Assembly (NCBI RefSeq): GCF_988242995.1
Contig: NZ_OZ547045.1
Direction: 5' to 3' (one strand)
DNA: 33,568 nt
Source: a plasmid
Under the pieces are notes generated by a model. The model saw nothing but the letters and a program-made list of their open reading frames with translations, was not told the origin of the DNA and searched no databases. Positions 17,338-24,839 of the stretch are shown piece after piece. The position numbers and the translations under genes were made by a program. Positions within the stretch are counted from its first letter, which is position 1. Each line of letters starts with the position of its first letter.

Positions 17338-17838
17338 ATGGCTTCAAGAGGTGTTAATAAAGTAATTCTGGTCGGCAATTTAGGCCAAGATCCTGAAGTG
17401 CGTTATATGCCGAACGGCGGCGCGGTTGCCAACATTACGCTAGCCACGTCAGAAAGCTGGCGCGACAAGCAGACCGGCGAAATGAAAGAACAAACGGAAT
17501 GGCATCGCGTTGTATTATTCGGCAAGCTGGCAGAGGTCGCCGGGGAATATCTGCGCAAGGGTTCGCAGGTGTACATTGAGGGCCAGCTCAGAACACGTAA
17601 ATGGACAGATCAAGCTGGCGTGGACAAGTACACTACAGAGGTTGTCGTTAACGTTGGCGGCACTATGCAGATGTTAGGCGGTCGCCAGCAAAACGGCTCT
17701 CAGCCAGGTAATAATGAATGGGGCCAGTCGCAGCAGCCGCAAGGCGGCCAGCAGTTCAGCGGCCAGCCACAGAACACCGGCGCAGCGCCAGCGGCAGGAA
17801 ATGAGCCGCCTCCTTTTGATGATGATATTCCGTTTTAG
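17338..17838 (+). CDS. ssb: Single-stranded DNA-binding protein
   Basis: 166 aa; OB-fold N-terminus ([43 protein letters not shown]), Gly/Gln-rich linker, acidic C-terminal tail DDDIPF. Confidence 0.95.
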   Translation: MASRGVNKVILVGNLGQDPEVRYMPNGGAVANITLATSESWRDKQTGEMKEQTEWHRVVLFGKLAEVAGEYLRKGSQVYIEGQLRTRKWTDQAGVDKYTTEVVVNVGGTMQMLGGRQQNGSQPGNNEWGQSQQPQGGQQFSGQPQNTGAAPAAGNEPPPFDDDIPF

Positions 17839-17961
17839 CCCTGATAAATATTTAAATGTAAATTTATTTACAGATTTATCTAAATAAATAACCGTTTTAG
17901 AGTTAACCTTCTGTAATTATTGATTAAATCGGCCCGTTTTCGGGCCGTAATGAGGTAAAAA

Positions 17962-18264
17962 ATGGCAGTAGAACGCATTTCCCCTGAAGAATGGCAGCGC
18001 ATCGCACCGGCATTGCGTACATGCAGCCAGGTAACGATCGATATGGCTTATGCCGTACTGGTTGATGGCCGTAAACAAGTAGATGTGGCGTCAGAGTTTG
18101 ACCGGTCAAAGCAAACGGTCAATGCGGCTATCAGGCGCGTTACTGCAATTTTTAACGAGGTTATCCCGGAAGATGAGCAGTTAGAATTTGTACAAGTCTG
18201 GTTGCCGCCAGAGCTGGCGAAGCAGGTAAAAGAAATGGCTAAACCGTATCAGAATAAAAAATAA
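17962..18264 (+). CDS. Small HTH transcriptional repressor, KorA/TrfB-like (possible ArdK-type regulator of the cassette promoters)
   Basis: 100 aa; AYAVLVDGRKQVDVASEFDRSKQTVNAAIRRV resembles the KorA HTH region (from memory). Confidence 0.5.
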   Translation: MAVERISPEEWQRIAPALRTCSQVTIDMAYAVLVDGRKQVDVASEFDRSKQTVNAAIRRVTAIFNEVIPEDEQLEFVQVWLPPELAKQVKEMAKPYQNKK

Positions 18265-18316
18265 CAGGAGTTATCGACATGTGTGAGTACGGATTTAAAA
18301 ACTAACTGAAAAAAAT

Positions 18317-18959
18317 CACTTATGGCGTTCCCTGCGGGGCGGGCTTTCGTGCTGCGCATCGAGCCAGGCAAGCTGTCTCGCCCCTTCGGGCTTCAATCCC
18401 TAACGCCTCCGGGCTGTCGCCCTCCGCGCTCCGCTTGACCCCCACGCCCTGCGCCGGACTTGCCCCGCCTACGGCGGCCCCGCCCCTCCGGGGTGGCTTC
18501 GCCATCCTCTGCCAGCGGCACCGGCGCTAACGTGCCTGTAGGGGCGCTGGCCGCGCTGCGGCCATCCCCCCAACACCCGGATAAATCGCGCCCGGCCCGT
18601 CGCTACGCGCCAGCCCGCCCGCTCAACCGGGCCGTTGTGACGGGCCACTGTTCCGGCAGCGGCATCGTGTGACAGCCCGCTAAAACCGGCTTTGCAGGGA
18701 GGGGGTGGGCGCGTCTCCCGGTTTGATCCCGCAAGGCCCGGCAATTTGACCACGTCGCCCAGGTTGAGATCGGCGCAGTTGCCTTTTATTTGTCGGCATC
18801 GGCGCTAAATTTAAGTAAATTTATCGTACTATATAATGATACTTAAAGTTGACTTTTGAGGGGGAAAAGCCTATACTTTATTTATCGGTTAGCAATGGTG
18901 CTGACCGACCCGGAACCAGCGGCGGCAACCGCTCCGGGCAATCTGCGAAGGTGGGAATT
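18317..18959. repeat. CUP-like repeat, full copy B (GC-rich body ~530 bp plus promoter/leader)
   Basis: Near-identical to 20474..21113. Confidence 0.9.
18849..18906 (+). promoter_or_regulatory. Cassette promoter P3 (TTGACT-17-TATACT) with leader hairpin
   Basis: -35 at 18849..18854, -10 at 18872..18877, inverted repeat at 18887..18906. Confidence 0.7.
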
Positions 18960-19268
18960 ATGAATACTTTCAACGCTGACAAAATCCGCTCTGAACTGGA
19001 TGTTTTAGCGAAAGAAACAATGCCCGGTTGTGGTCTTATTTACGAGCTGTATCAGCGTCGTTTGAGCGCTGCCATTGATAACTTTGTCGCTACCCTGCCA
19101 GCAGAACAACACGCCCAGGCATTTGAACTGGCCCGCCAGGAGTTTGATTACCTTTCTGCGGAAGAAATTGCTGATGAAATCCGCCGCGACTCAGAAAACG
19201 GCTATTGCAGCCACGGCATTGATCGCAATTGCTGCCCTTTGGGTTGCGGGGATTTGGACGATTATTAA
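18960..19268 (+). CDS. Hypothetical small protein with C-terminal Cys cluster
   Basis: 102 aa; ends ...GYCSHGIDRNCCPLGCGDLDDY; ATG after the conserved leader. Confidence 0.6.
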   Translation: MNTFNADKIRSELDVLAKETMPGCGLIYELYQRRLSAAIDNFVATLPAEQHAQAFELARQEFDYLSAEEIADEIRRDSENGYCSHGIDRNCCPLGCGDLDDY

Positions 19269-19351
19269 TTGACAGGGGGCTATTGCCCCCTACAACCAAA
19301 ACGGGCGGCGGCAACCGCCACTATTTAAACAATCTGCGAAGGATATAGATT

Positions 19352-19774
19352 ATGAGCGCATACGTGGTATCTGATAAATCCATTTCTACTATCGTTAAAA
19401 CTCTGGTTATTGCCGGTACACTTCAACCTGTCGAAGCTGTTTCTTTTGGTCAGATGATGCTTAATCTGAATACTCATTCCGTTAATATTCGCTATCAAGA
19501 AAACAGCCCGGCGCACCCTTTTGAATACAGCGACCCGGAATTAAATATCCATGACCCCAAAACTCAAATGCAGGTGATTGTCTGTATTGATGAATATGAA
19601 TATCAGTCCTGCGAGTTTGCCGAATACTATGAAACGATGGTGCATACAGTCCTAAAAGCCATCAAATCAGCGCTTATGCAGGCTTACACGGATATGTTGC
19701 CTAACCCATCGCAATGGAAAGAAAAAAAGTCCTATGACTTGCCAGGCTACTCAGAAGCTGAATGGGGTTTATGA
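19352..19774 (+). CDS. Hypothetical protein
   Basis: 140 aa; preceded by a partial leader (GGCGGCGGCAACCGCC ... CTGCGAAGG); followed by tandem hairpin terminator. Confidence 0.6.
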   Translation: MSAYVVSDKSISTIVKTLVIAGTLQPVEAVSFGQMMLNLNTHSVNIRYQENSPAHPFEYSDPELNIHDPKTQMQVIVCIDEYEYQSCEFAEYYETMVHTVLKAIKSALMQAYTDMLPNPSQWKEKKSYDLPGYSEAEWGL

Positions 19775-19780
19775 TTGAAC

Positions 19781-19830
19781 GGGGGGGAAATCCCCCCCTT
19801 CTACCTGAAGGGGCTACGCCCCTTTTTTTA
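19781..19830 (+). terminator. Tandem hairpins with T-run
   Basis: GGGGGGGaaatCCCCCCC then AGGGGCtacGCCCCT followed by T7. Confidence 0.7.
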
Positions 19831-19845
19831 TGCCGGTTTTATGCC

Positions 19846-20005
19846 GCTTACTTATGGCGTTCCCTGCGGGCCGGGCTTTCGTGCTGCGCATCGAGCCAGG
19901 CAAGCTGTCTCGCCCCTTCGGGCTTCAATCCCTAACGCCTCCGGGCTTTCGCCCTCCGCGCTCCGCTTGGCCTCCGGGCTTTCGCCCTCCGCGCTTTGCT
20001 TGGCC
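19846..20005. repeat. CUP-like repeat fragment D (left arm only) with an internal 33-bp tandem duplication
   Basis: Matches the left ~125 bp of copies B and C; CCTCCGGGCTTTCGCCCTCCGCGCT(C/T)(C/T)GCTTGG duplicated at 19939..19971 and 19972..20004. Confidence 0.8.
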
Positions 20006-20243
20006 TTTCCAGCCGGTGCCAGCTCCGGGCCGCGAGGATAACCGGCGGGAGGCGAACTGTCCTCCACAGCTCCCCGTTCCGTTGGATGGTCTGCCGTTCC
20101 TCCATTACCGGTATTCCACACTAGCGCGGTGTGGCGTCAATAGTTCGCTTCGCCGCTTCGCGCTATTGACCCCACCCCTTGCGCCAGTGTTACACACCGG
20201 TTGTCGGAAACGACAAACCCTCCAACTACCCTACAGGTGCTTT

Positions 20244-20348
20244 ATGGCCGAAATTCTCCAACTCCTCCCGCCGGTTATCCTCGCTATTGCAGCCCTCATC
20301 ACAGCCATCACCGGGCTAATAAAAGTCCTGAAAAGCAAGAAGAAGTAA
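20244..20348 (+). CDS. Candidate 34-aa hydrophobic peptide
   Basis: MAEILQLLPPVILAIAALITAITGLIKVLKSKKK; AGGTG 5 nt upstream; followed by a hairpin at 20354..20373. Confidence 0.35.
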   Translation: MAEILQLLPPVILAIAALITAITGLIKVLKSKKK

Positions 20349-20352
20349 CGGA

Positions 20353-20380
20353 AAGGGGCGGCAAGCCGCCCCTTTCCCCT
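20353..20380 (+). terminator. Hairpin after the small peptide ORF (weak T-tract)
   Basis: AGGGGCGGCaagCCGCCCCT followed by TTCCCCT. Confidence 0.4.
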
Positions 20381-20473
20381 GCTCCCCTTGCTTACCCTGC
20401 TGTACGATCCGTGGATTTCACAGTTGAATAATTTTTTGTGGTCGCCGTAATTGGCCCCGCTGCGCCAGTCGCT

Positions 20474-21113
20474 TACTTAGGGCGTTCCCTGCGGGCCGGG
20501 CTTTCGTGCTGCGCATCGAGCCAGGCAAGCTGTCTCGCCCCTTCGGGCTTCAATCCCTAACGCCTCCGGGCTTCGCCCTCCGCGCTCCGCTTGGCCCCCA
20601 CGCCCTGCGCCGGACTTGCCCCGCCTACGGCGGCCCCGCCCCTCCGGGGTGGCTTCGCCATCCTCTGCCAGCGGCACCGGCGCTAACGTGCCTGTAGGGG
20701 CGCTGGCCGCGCTGCGGCCATCCCCCCAACACCCGGATAAATCGCGCCCGGCCCGTCGCTACGCGCCAGCCCGCCCGCTCAACCGGGCCGTTGTGACGGG
20801 CCACTGTTCCGGCAGCGGCATCGTGTGACAGCCCGCTAAAACCGGCTTTGCAGGGAGGGGGGGGGCGCGTCTCCCGGTTTGATCCCGCAAGGCCCGGCAA
20901 TTTGACCACGTCGCCCAGGTTGAGATCGGCGCAATTGCCTTTTATTTGTCGGCATCGGCGCTAAATTTAAGTAAATTTACCGTACTATATAATGATACTT
21001 AAAGTTGACTTTTTAGGGGGGAAAATCTATACTTTATTTACGGTTAGCAATGGTGCTGACCGACCCGGAACCAGCGGCGGCAACCGCTCCGGGTAATCTG
21101 CGAAGGAAAATGT
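20474..21113. repeat. CUP-like repeat, full copy C
   Basis: Near-identical to copy B over about 640 bp. Confidence 0.9.
21005..21061 (+). promoter_or_regulatory. Cassette promoter P4 (TTGACT-17-TATACT) with leader hairpin
   Basis: -35 at 21005..21010, -10 at 21028..21033, inverted repeat at 21042..21061. Confidence 0.7.
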
Positions 21114-21395
21114 ATGAATACGACCCTTTTTGTTTTAATCCTTGCCGTAGCTGGCGCGTTGTATCTGCCCTGGCGACTTGTGCGCGATGGTTACAAAGAG
21201 CTTGTACAGATGTGTCTGTTTTGCTCCTGTATCGTCACGCTGGCCGCTGTATATGCCGTGTTGGTCAATCTCAATAACCCACACCCGTTTATGCCTATGT
21301 TTATCGCGGTAACGGCGTTCGGTGCGGTATTTGTGGCTGATTGCGCTTTATCTCTCTGGCTCTATCAGCGTAAAGCTAAGACGGCTAACCACTAA
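21114..21395 (+). CDS. Hypothetical small membrane protein
   Basis: 93 aa with three hydrophobic segments; an overlapping alternative frame from ATG 21110 looks non-protein-like. Confidence 0.55.
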   Translation: MNTTLFVLILAVAGALYLPWRLVRDGYKELVQMCLFCSCIVTLAAVYAVLVNLNNPHPFMPMFIAVTAFGAVFVADCALSLWLYQRKAKTANH

Positions 21396-21405
21396 CCACT
21401 AACTA

Positions 21406-21428
21406 AACCGCCCTGCGGGGCGGTTTTT
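21406..21428 (+). terminator. Rho-independent terminator
   Basis: CCGCCCtgcgGGGCGG hairpin followed by T5. Confidence 0.65.
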
Positions 21429-21449
21429 AACCGTGATACGGGGGCAATT

Positions 21450-21692
21450 ATGGGAAACATCATTTTGATGGCCGAGAAGCTAAAAGGCGCGGTTTCCGAT
21501 GAATATGAAGTGTATGAATTTGAGGGCATGGATGATTTGATCCGGTTTCGTAAGAAATACCCGGAACAAATGAAGTATGAATATTCTTACTGTCTATCTG
21601 GCGGTACGAAAGATTTTCACCATATTGCGCTCGTCGAAGCTGACCATTTTAAGCAGTTCAAAAAGCAGGTTGACCAGTACCAGGCTCGATAA
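21450..21692 (+). CDS. Hypothetical small protein
   Basis: 80 aa, hydrophilic; no motif recognised. Confidence 0.5.
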   Translation: MGNIILMAEKLKGAVSDEYEVYEFEGMDDLIRFRKKYPEQMKYEYSYCLSGGTKDFHHIALVEADHFKQFKKQVDQYQAR

Positions 21693-21773
21693 CCTTGAAC
21701 GGCGCGGCAATACCGCGCTGTTTTTTACCCTCTATTTATGTCTTATTTTAGTATCATATTATGATACTAAATA

Positions 21774-21831
21774 TTGACTTATCAGGCCGCAAAAAGTATA
21801 CTTTATTTATCGGTTAGCAATGGTGCTGACC
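21774..21831 (+). promoter_or_regulatory. Cassette promoter P5 (TTGACT-17-TATACT) with leader hairpin but no second hairpin; upstream palindrome AGTATCAtattaTGATACT
   Basis: -35 at 21774..21779, -10 at 21797..21802, inverted repeat at 21812..21831. Confidence 0.65.
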
Positions 21832-21851
21832 GTATGCGAAGGAGTAAAGTT

Positions 21852-22007
21852 ATGAAAAAATTCATTGGCAACCGTAACGGCAAGGCGGTTTTTCAGGAAG
21901 GTGATCGTGAGTTGGTAGCCGCTTACCAGATGAAATCCTCCCCGATTCCGGTAACGCCACGCAAGCTGAAAGCTGAAATGGATGCTATCGCCGCTACAGC
22001 CCGATAA
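21852..22007 (+). CDS. Hypothetical small protein
   Basis: 51 aa; ATG after GCGAAGGAG RBS of the shortened leader. Confidence 0.45.
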   Translation: MKKFIGNRNGKAVFQEGDRELVAAYQMKSSPIPVTPRKLKAEMDAIAATAR

Positions 22008-22082
22008 TCATTCACCCGCGCCGTTGGCGCGGGTAACTCTCACAGCGGCGGCAACCGCTTTTTTATGCGAAGGAGCAACGCG

Positions 22083-22265
22083 ATGTATCTATCTTTGATG
22101 GAACAAGCACGACAGGCAGAGGAATTGCGCGACTGGAAAACCGCCGCGCAACTCTACACCCAGGCGATGGCCGTTAGTCCAAAAGCCAGAACTATGCGCC
22201 AGCGCCGCGAAAGGCTGTATCTGCAACAGCGCATTGAGTTTTGCGAGCGTAATTCGAGAATGTAA
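22083..22265 (+). CDS. Hypothetical small protein
   Basis: 60 aa; preceded by AGCGGCGGCAACCGCT hairpin, T6 and GCGAAGGAG. Confidence 0.45.
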   Translation: MYLSLMEQARQAEELRDWKTAAQLYTQAMAVSPKARTMRQRRERLYLQQRIEFCERNSRM

Positions 22266-22271
22266 AAAACT

Positions 22272-22304
22272 AAAAAAAACCGCCTCAATCCGGCGGTTTT
22301 TTTT
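22272..22304. terminator. Bidirectional rho-independent terminator between convergent genes
   Basis: A8 ... ACCGCCtcaatccGGCGGT ... T8. Confidence 0.75.
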
Positions 22305-22306
22305 GG

Positions 22307-23074
22307 TTAGGCTGCCTGGTATTCTGCCTTTCCGCAGTGTTCGCCGCCACAGTACAGAATTAGGCCCGGTTTCCCCCAAACGTTGGTATGGCATTTCGGG
22401 CAGGTGTATTTTGTCCGGTTTGATTTATTAACCGGCGTATCCGGTGGCGGGTTTACCAGGGAAAGGGCTTGCGTGATCTCATCATCCAGCTCGCCATTGT
22501 CGCTGTAACCCTCATCATCATCGCCATCATCAACATAACCTTTGCCGTCTGCGCCGGTTGGCGTTGGTGGCGTTGGTTTGTGCGGTGGGAACCTGTCCAG
22601 CCAGCTCAGTTTAAACTCCGTGGTTAGCAACTCCTTGCAGGCTGTATCAAACGGGCCGCCGTCCTCGATGTAGTGGCTCATCGACTCACCGACGCGCTTT
22701 CCTCCGGGCTGGCCGCTGTCGGATGGTATCAGGCCGATGCGCTCCATCATCGCCGCCCACTCTTTATTGTGGTATCCACGGCGTCCCGGTTGGCCGGTGT
22801 GTTGTTGGTACTGGTGAACCATTTCATGCACAAGCGTGGAAAGTGTGTCGCGTATCGTGCGGATCGAGAAATAGACCGGATTCATGGCGATTTCATCAAC
22901 GATTTGGCCGGTTGTGCGGCCAACAAAACGGGCATTTGAGAAATAGCCAAACGTTCGTTTTTCGCGCTGAAGGGTGATTAGGCAGGGCGGCAGCGTACTA
23001 TCAAACAGCCGCTGATTGAAAAATTCGTATGCGCGTTGAAGCTCGTCGTAAGTTTCCTGGGTAGGGATGATCAT
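22307..23074 (-). CDS. SprT-like zinc metalloprotease-domain protein with C-terminal zinc ribbon
   Basis: HEMVHQY (HExxH) motif, acidic linker, CPKCH...YCGGEHCG; start taken at ATG 23074 (TGAGG RBS); ORF track extends to 23113 across the operator repeats. Confidence 0.7.
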   Translation of the reverse strand: MIIPTQETYDELQRAYEFFNQRLFDSTLPPCLITLQREKRTFGYFSNARFVGRTTGQIVDEIAMNPVYFSIRTIRDTLSTLVHEMVHQYQQHTGQPGRRGYHNKEWAAMMERIGLIPSDSGQPGGKRVGESMSHYIEDGGPFDTACKELLTTEFKLSWLDRFPPHKPTPPTPTGADGKGYVDDGDDDEGYSDNGELDDEITQALSLVNPPPDTPVNKSNRTKYTCPKCHTNVWGKPGLILYCGGEHCGKAEYQAA

Positions 23075-23095
23075 AGCGGCCTCATAAATTAATTT

Positions 23096-23141
23096 CTGGA
23101 TTGTGCAATCCATTTTATTGCTTATGGATTGTGCAATCCAC
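23096..23141. promoter_or_regulatory. Two copies of the palindrome GGATTGTGCAATCC in the promoter region upstream of the SprT-like gene
   Basis: Copies at 23098..23111 and 23126..23139; the same 14-mer occurs three times inside the stbA-like gene. Confidence 0.6.
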
Positions 23142-23149
23142 TTTTATTT

Positions 23150-23233
23150 TGGGCGTTCCCTGCGGGCGGGCTTTCGTGCTGCGCATCGAGCCAGGCAAGC
23201 TGTCTCGACCCTTCGGGCGTCAATCCCTAACGC
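23150..23233. repeat. Isolated 84-bp left-end module of the CUP-like repeat (copy E)
   Basis: GGGCGTTCCCTGCGGGCGGGCTTTCGTGCTGCGCATCGAGCCAGGCAAGCTGTCTCGACCCTTCGGGCGTCAATCCCTAACGC matches the first 84 bp of copies B, C and D. Confidence 0.8.
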
Positions 23234-23242
23234 AATCCAGGC

Positions 23243-23269
23243 AAAAAAAAGCGGCCCGCATGGGGCCGC
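23243..23269 (-). terminator. Rho-independent terminator of the minus-strand stb-like operon
   Basis: On the minus strand GCGGCCCcatgcGGGCCGC followed by T8. Confidence 0.7.
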
Positions 23270-23287
23270 TTCCGGTCAGGCTTTTTA

Positions 23288-23656
23288 TCAGTGCAGCAGG
23301 AACGTTATAGCCGCCGCGCCGAGCGCTCCACCAACAAAGGAACAGACAACCGTGATAATCAGTATCTGCCTGATAAGCGCTTTCGAAAACCCTGTATGCG
23401 CCCCGGCCAGACGTTCAAAAAATTGTTCGCTAACCTTCTGCTCCTTCTTCAGAGTGTTGACCAGCTCGCGCTGGCTTGCGATCACTTCTGTTTTCGCAGT
23501 CTCCGATGATTTTGCTATCGCGTCGGAGGCTTTATCCAGCCGTTCTATTGCTTCGGTAACGCTTACACTTACACTTTCCAGTTTTGAGGTGATTTCTTTA
23601 GCATCGCCTAAAAACCAGTCCATCAGGACATCTAATTTATCAGGTTGCTTTTCCAT
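23288..23656 (-). CDS. Hypothetical coiled-coil protein with C-terminal TM anchor (third gene of the stb-like operon)
   Basis: 122 aa; helical N-terminal part, hydrophobic C-terminus. Confidence 0.55.
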   Translation of the reverse strand: MEKQPDKLDVLMDWFLGDAKEITSKLESVSVSVTEAIERLDKASDAIAKSSETAKTEVIASQRELVNTLKKEQKVSEQFFERLAGAHTGFSKALIRQILIITVVCSFVGGALGAAAITFLLH

Positions 23657-23657
23657 A

Positions 23658-24368
23658 TTATTCAGCCGTTAATATTTCAAAGGTGCGATCAAGATTACGT
23701 TTAACCGGTAATGCTAATTTCATCCAGCGATAACGACGCGCAGCCGCCGCACGTTCATCGGCATCGGTGCAAGTTTTAGCTTTTGCTTTAAAGGTTTCTG
23801 GATCTTCTGCCAGCAGTTCTTCAAACGAAATTTTGTGATACGCGAGGTATTCATAAATTTCACTTTCAAAAACGGCGGCATCTTTATGAATAGAGGCTTT
23901 TTTAGAATCTTTCGCCCATTCATATACCGAAGCAATATCCTCCTGCGGAGTCGATTTAATGCGGTTAGGCAGAAGAACAATTTTAGATTTAGGAACGCCA
24001 GCGGCACTTAACGCGAGGGCGGTCTTAATACTTTCCTGCCATGCTTTATCATCCGGGGTGACAGGAATCAGATATTTATCAAATTCGTCAATTGCACCCT
24101 CATATTTTGTCATGGTAGAAAGAAACCGCTCAACGTTCGACGCGCCAATATCCACGATGGCATTATCTTCAAATACGATTTCTTCAACGAGTTGACCAAA
24201 GTTATCGCCGGTTAAGCTCATCACTTCATCAACACCCAAATCCGCAGCCGACATATTGATTGTCTCGATGGCAAAGAATTTAGCGCCAGCCATGCGAGGA
24301 TACAGCAGGTATGACGAAATAATGGTTTTGCCGACGCTGCCACTGTAATTCATTACTGCAATTTTCAT
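23658..24368 (-). CDS. stbB: ParA/StbB-like partition ATPase
   Basis: 236 aa; N-terminal deviant Walker A (KIAVMNYSGSVGKT); position as in R388/pKM101 stb operons next to oriT. Confidence 0.75.
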   Translation of the reverse strand: MKIAVMNYSGSVGKTIISSYLLYPRMAGAKFFAIETINMSAADLGVDEVMSLTGDNFGQLVEEIVFEDNAIVDIGASNVERFLSTMTKYEGAIDEFDKYLIPVTPDDKAWQESIKTALALSAAGVPKSKIVLLPNRIKSTPQEDIASVYEWAKDSKKASIHKDAAVFESEIYEYLAYHKISFEELLAEDPETFKAKAKTCTDADERAAAARRYRWMKLALPVKRNLDRTFEILTAE

Positions 24369-24380
24369 CTGTAAGCTCCT

Positions 24381-24815
24381 TTAGAAACCTTTCTTATTAC
24401 CTACGCTACCTTTGAATGAGGTTGCGACTTTCTTTGCCTCATCACCAATTTTTTTAAAATCGGTATCGGATAAAAATTCTTTGTTCCCGCCCATATCCTC
24501 AACTAATTTTTCTGGTTCTGGATTGTGCAATCCAGTTTCCACCGGTTCCGCTTTCTCCTGCTCTTTTGGATTGTGCAATCCAGTATTTACCGTACTTTCT
24601 GGATTGTGCAATCCACCTTTTTTGCGTTTCAATCTTGCCCGGTACAAGGCCATATCTAACGCTTTCACAGTCACAGAAAAGCTGTATTCACTATCAAGAA
24701 GTTGAGCAATTTCTTGCCTACTAATACCCTTGTCTAACAAACCTTCAATCTCATCAAGACGCGCTCTTACAGCCGCAGCGAGATTGCGAGGTTCCAGTAA
24801 AAGGTCTTTTTTCAT
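24381..24815 (-). CDS. stbA: StbA-like DNA-binding protein with N-terminal HTH and C-terminal GLHNP repeats
   Basis: 144 aa; first gene of the operon divergent from oriT; three in-frame GLHNP repeats encoded by palindromic 14-mers. Confidence 0.5.
   Translation of the reverse strand: MKKDLLLEPRNLAAAVRARLDEIEGLLDKGISRQEIAQLLDSEYSFSVTVKALDMALYRARLKRKKGGLHNPESTVNTGLHNPKEQEKAEPVETGLHNPEPEKLVEDMGGNKEFLSDTDFKKIGDEAKKVATSFKGSVGNKKGF
24518..24616. repeat. Three intragenic copies of the operator-like palindrome (C)TGGATTGTGCAATCCA(G)
   Basis: Copies at 24518..24535, 24566..24583 and 24599..24616; spacings 48 and 33 bp. Confidence 0.85.
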
Positions 24816-24839
24816 ACCACCCCCGCTTGTCGAATTTCA

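Noticed and set aside
19352-19774. Possible ArdB/KlcA antirestriction assignment for the 140-aa leading-region protein
   Set aside because: Size and position are compatible, but I could not match the sequence to the KlcA/ArdB sequence I recall; left as hypothetical.
19830-20348. 172-aa plus-strand ORF spanning repeat fragment D
   Set aside because: Its N-terminal 137 codons read through the GC-rich repeat and the 33-bp tandem duplication (low-complexity PPGFRPPR repeats). Only the last 34 codons, with their own RBS, look like a real peptide.
21050-21277. Alternative frame starting inside the P4 leader (MVLTDPEPAAATAPGNLRRKMYEYDPF...)
   Set aside because: Its upstream half is the conserved leader present in front of unrelated genes. 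The frame from ATG 21114 encodes a coherent membrane protein and uses the conserved RBS spacing.
23150-23233. tRNA-like gene hypothesis for the 84-bp repeat module (complementary ends GGCGTT / AACGCC, TTCAAT segment)
   Set aside because: I could not fold it into a cloverleaf with canonical D, anticodon and T arms; the T-loop-like segment lacks a proper flanking stem. Treated as a repeat module.
23103-23672. 189-aa plus-strand ORF overlapping the stb-like third gene and repeat copy E
   Set aside because: Begins inside the SprT promoter palindromes and repeat module and runs antisense to a better-supported minus-strand gene; no RBS.
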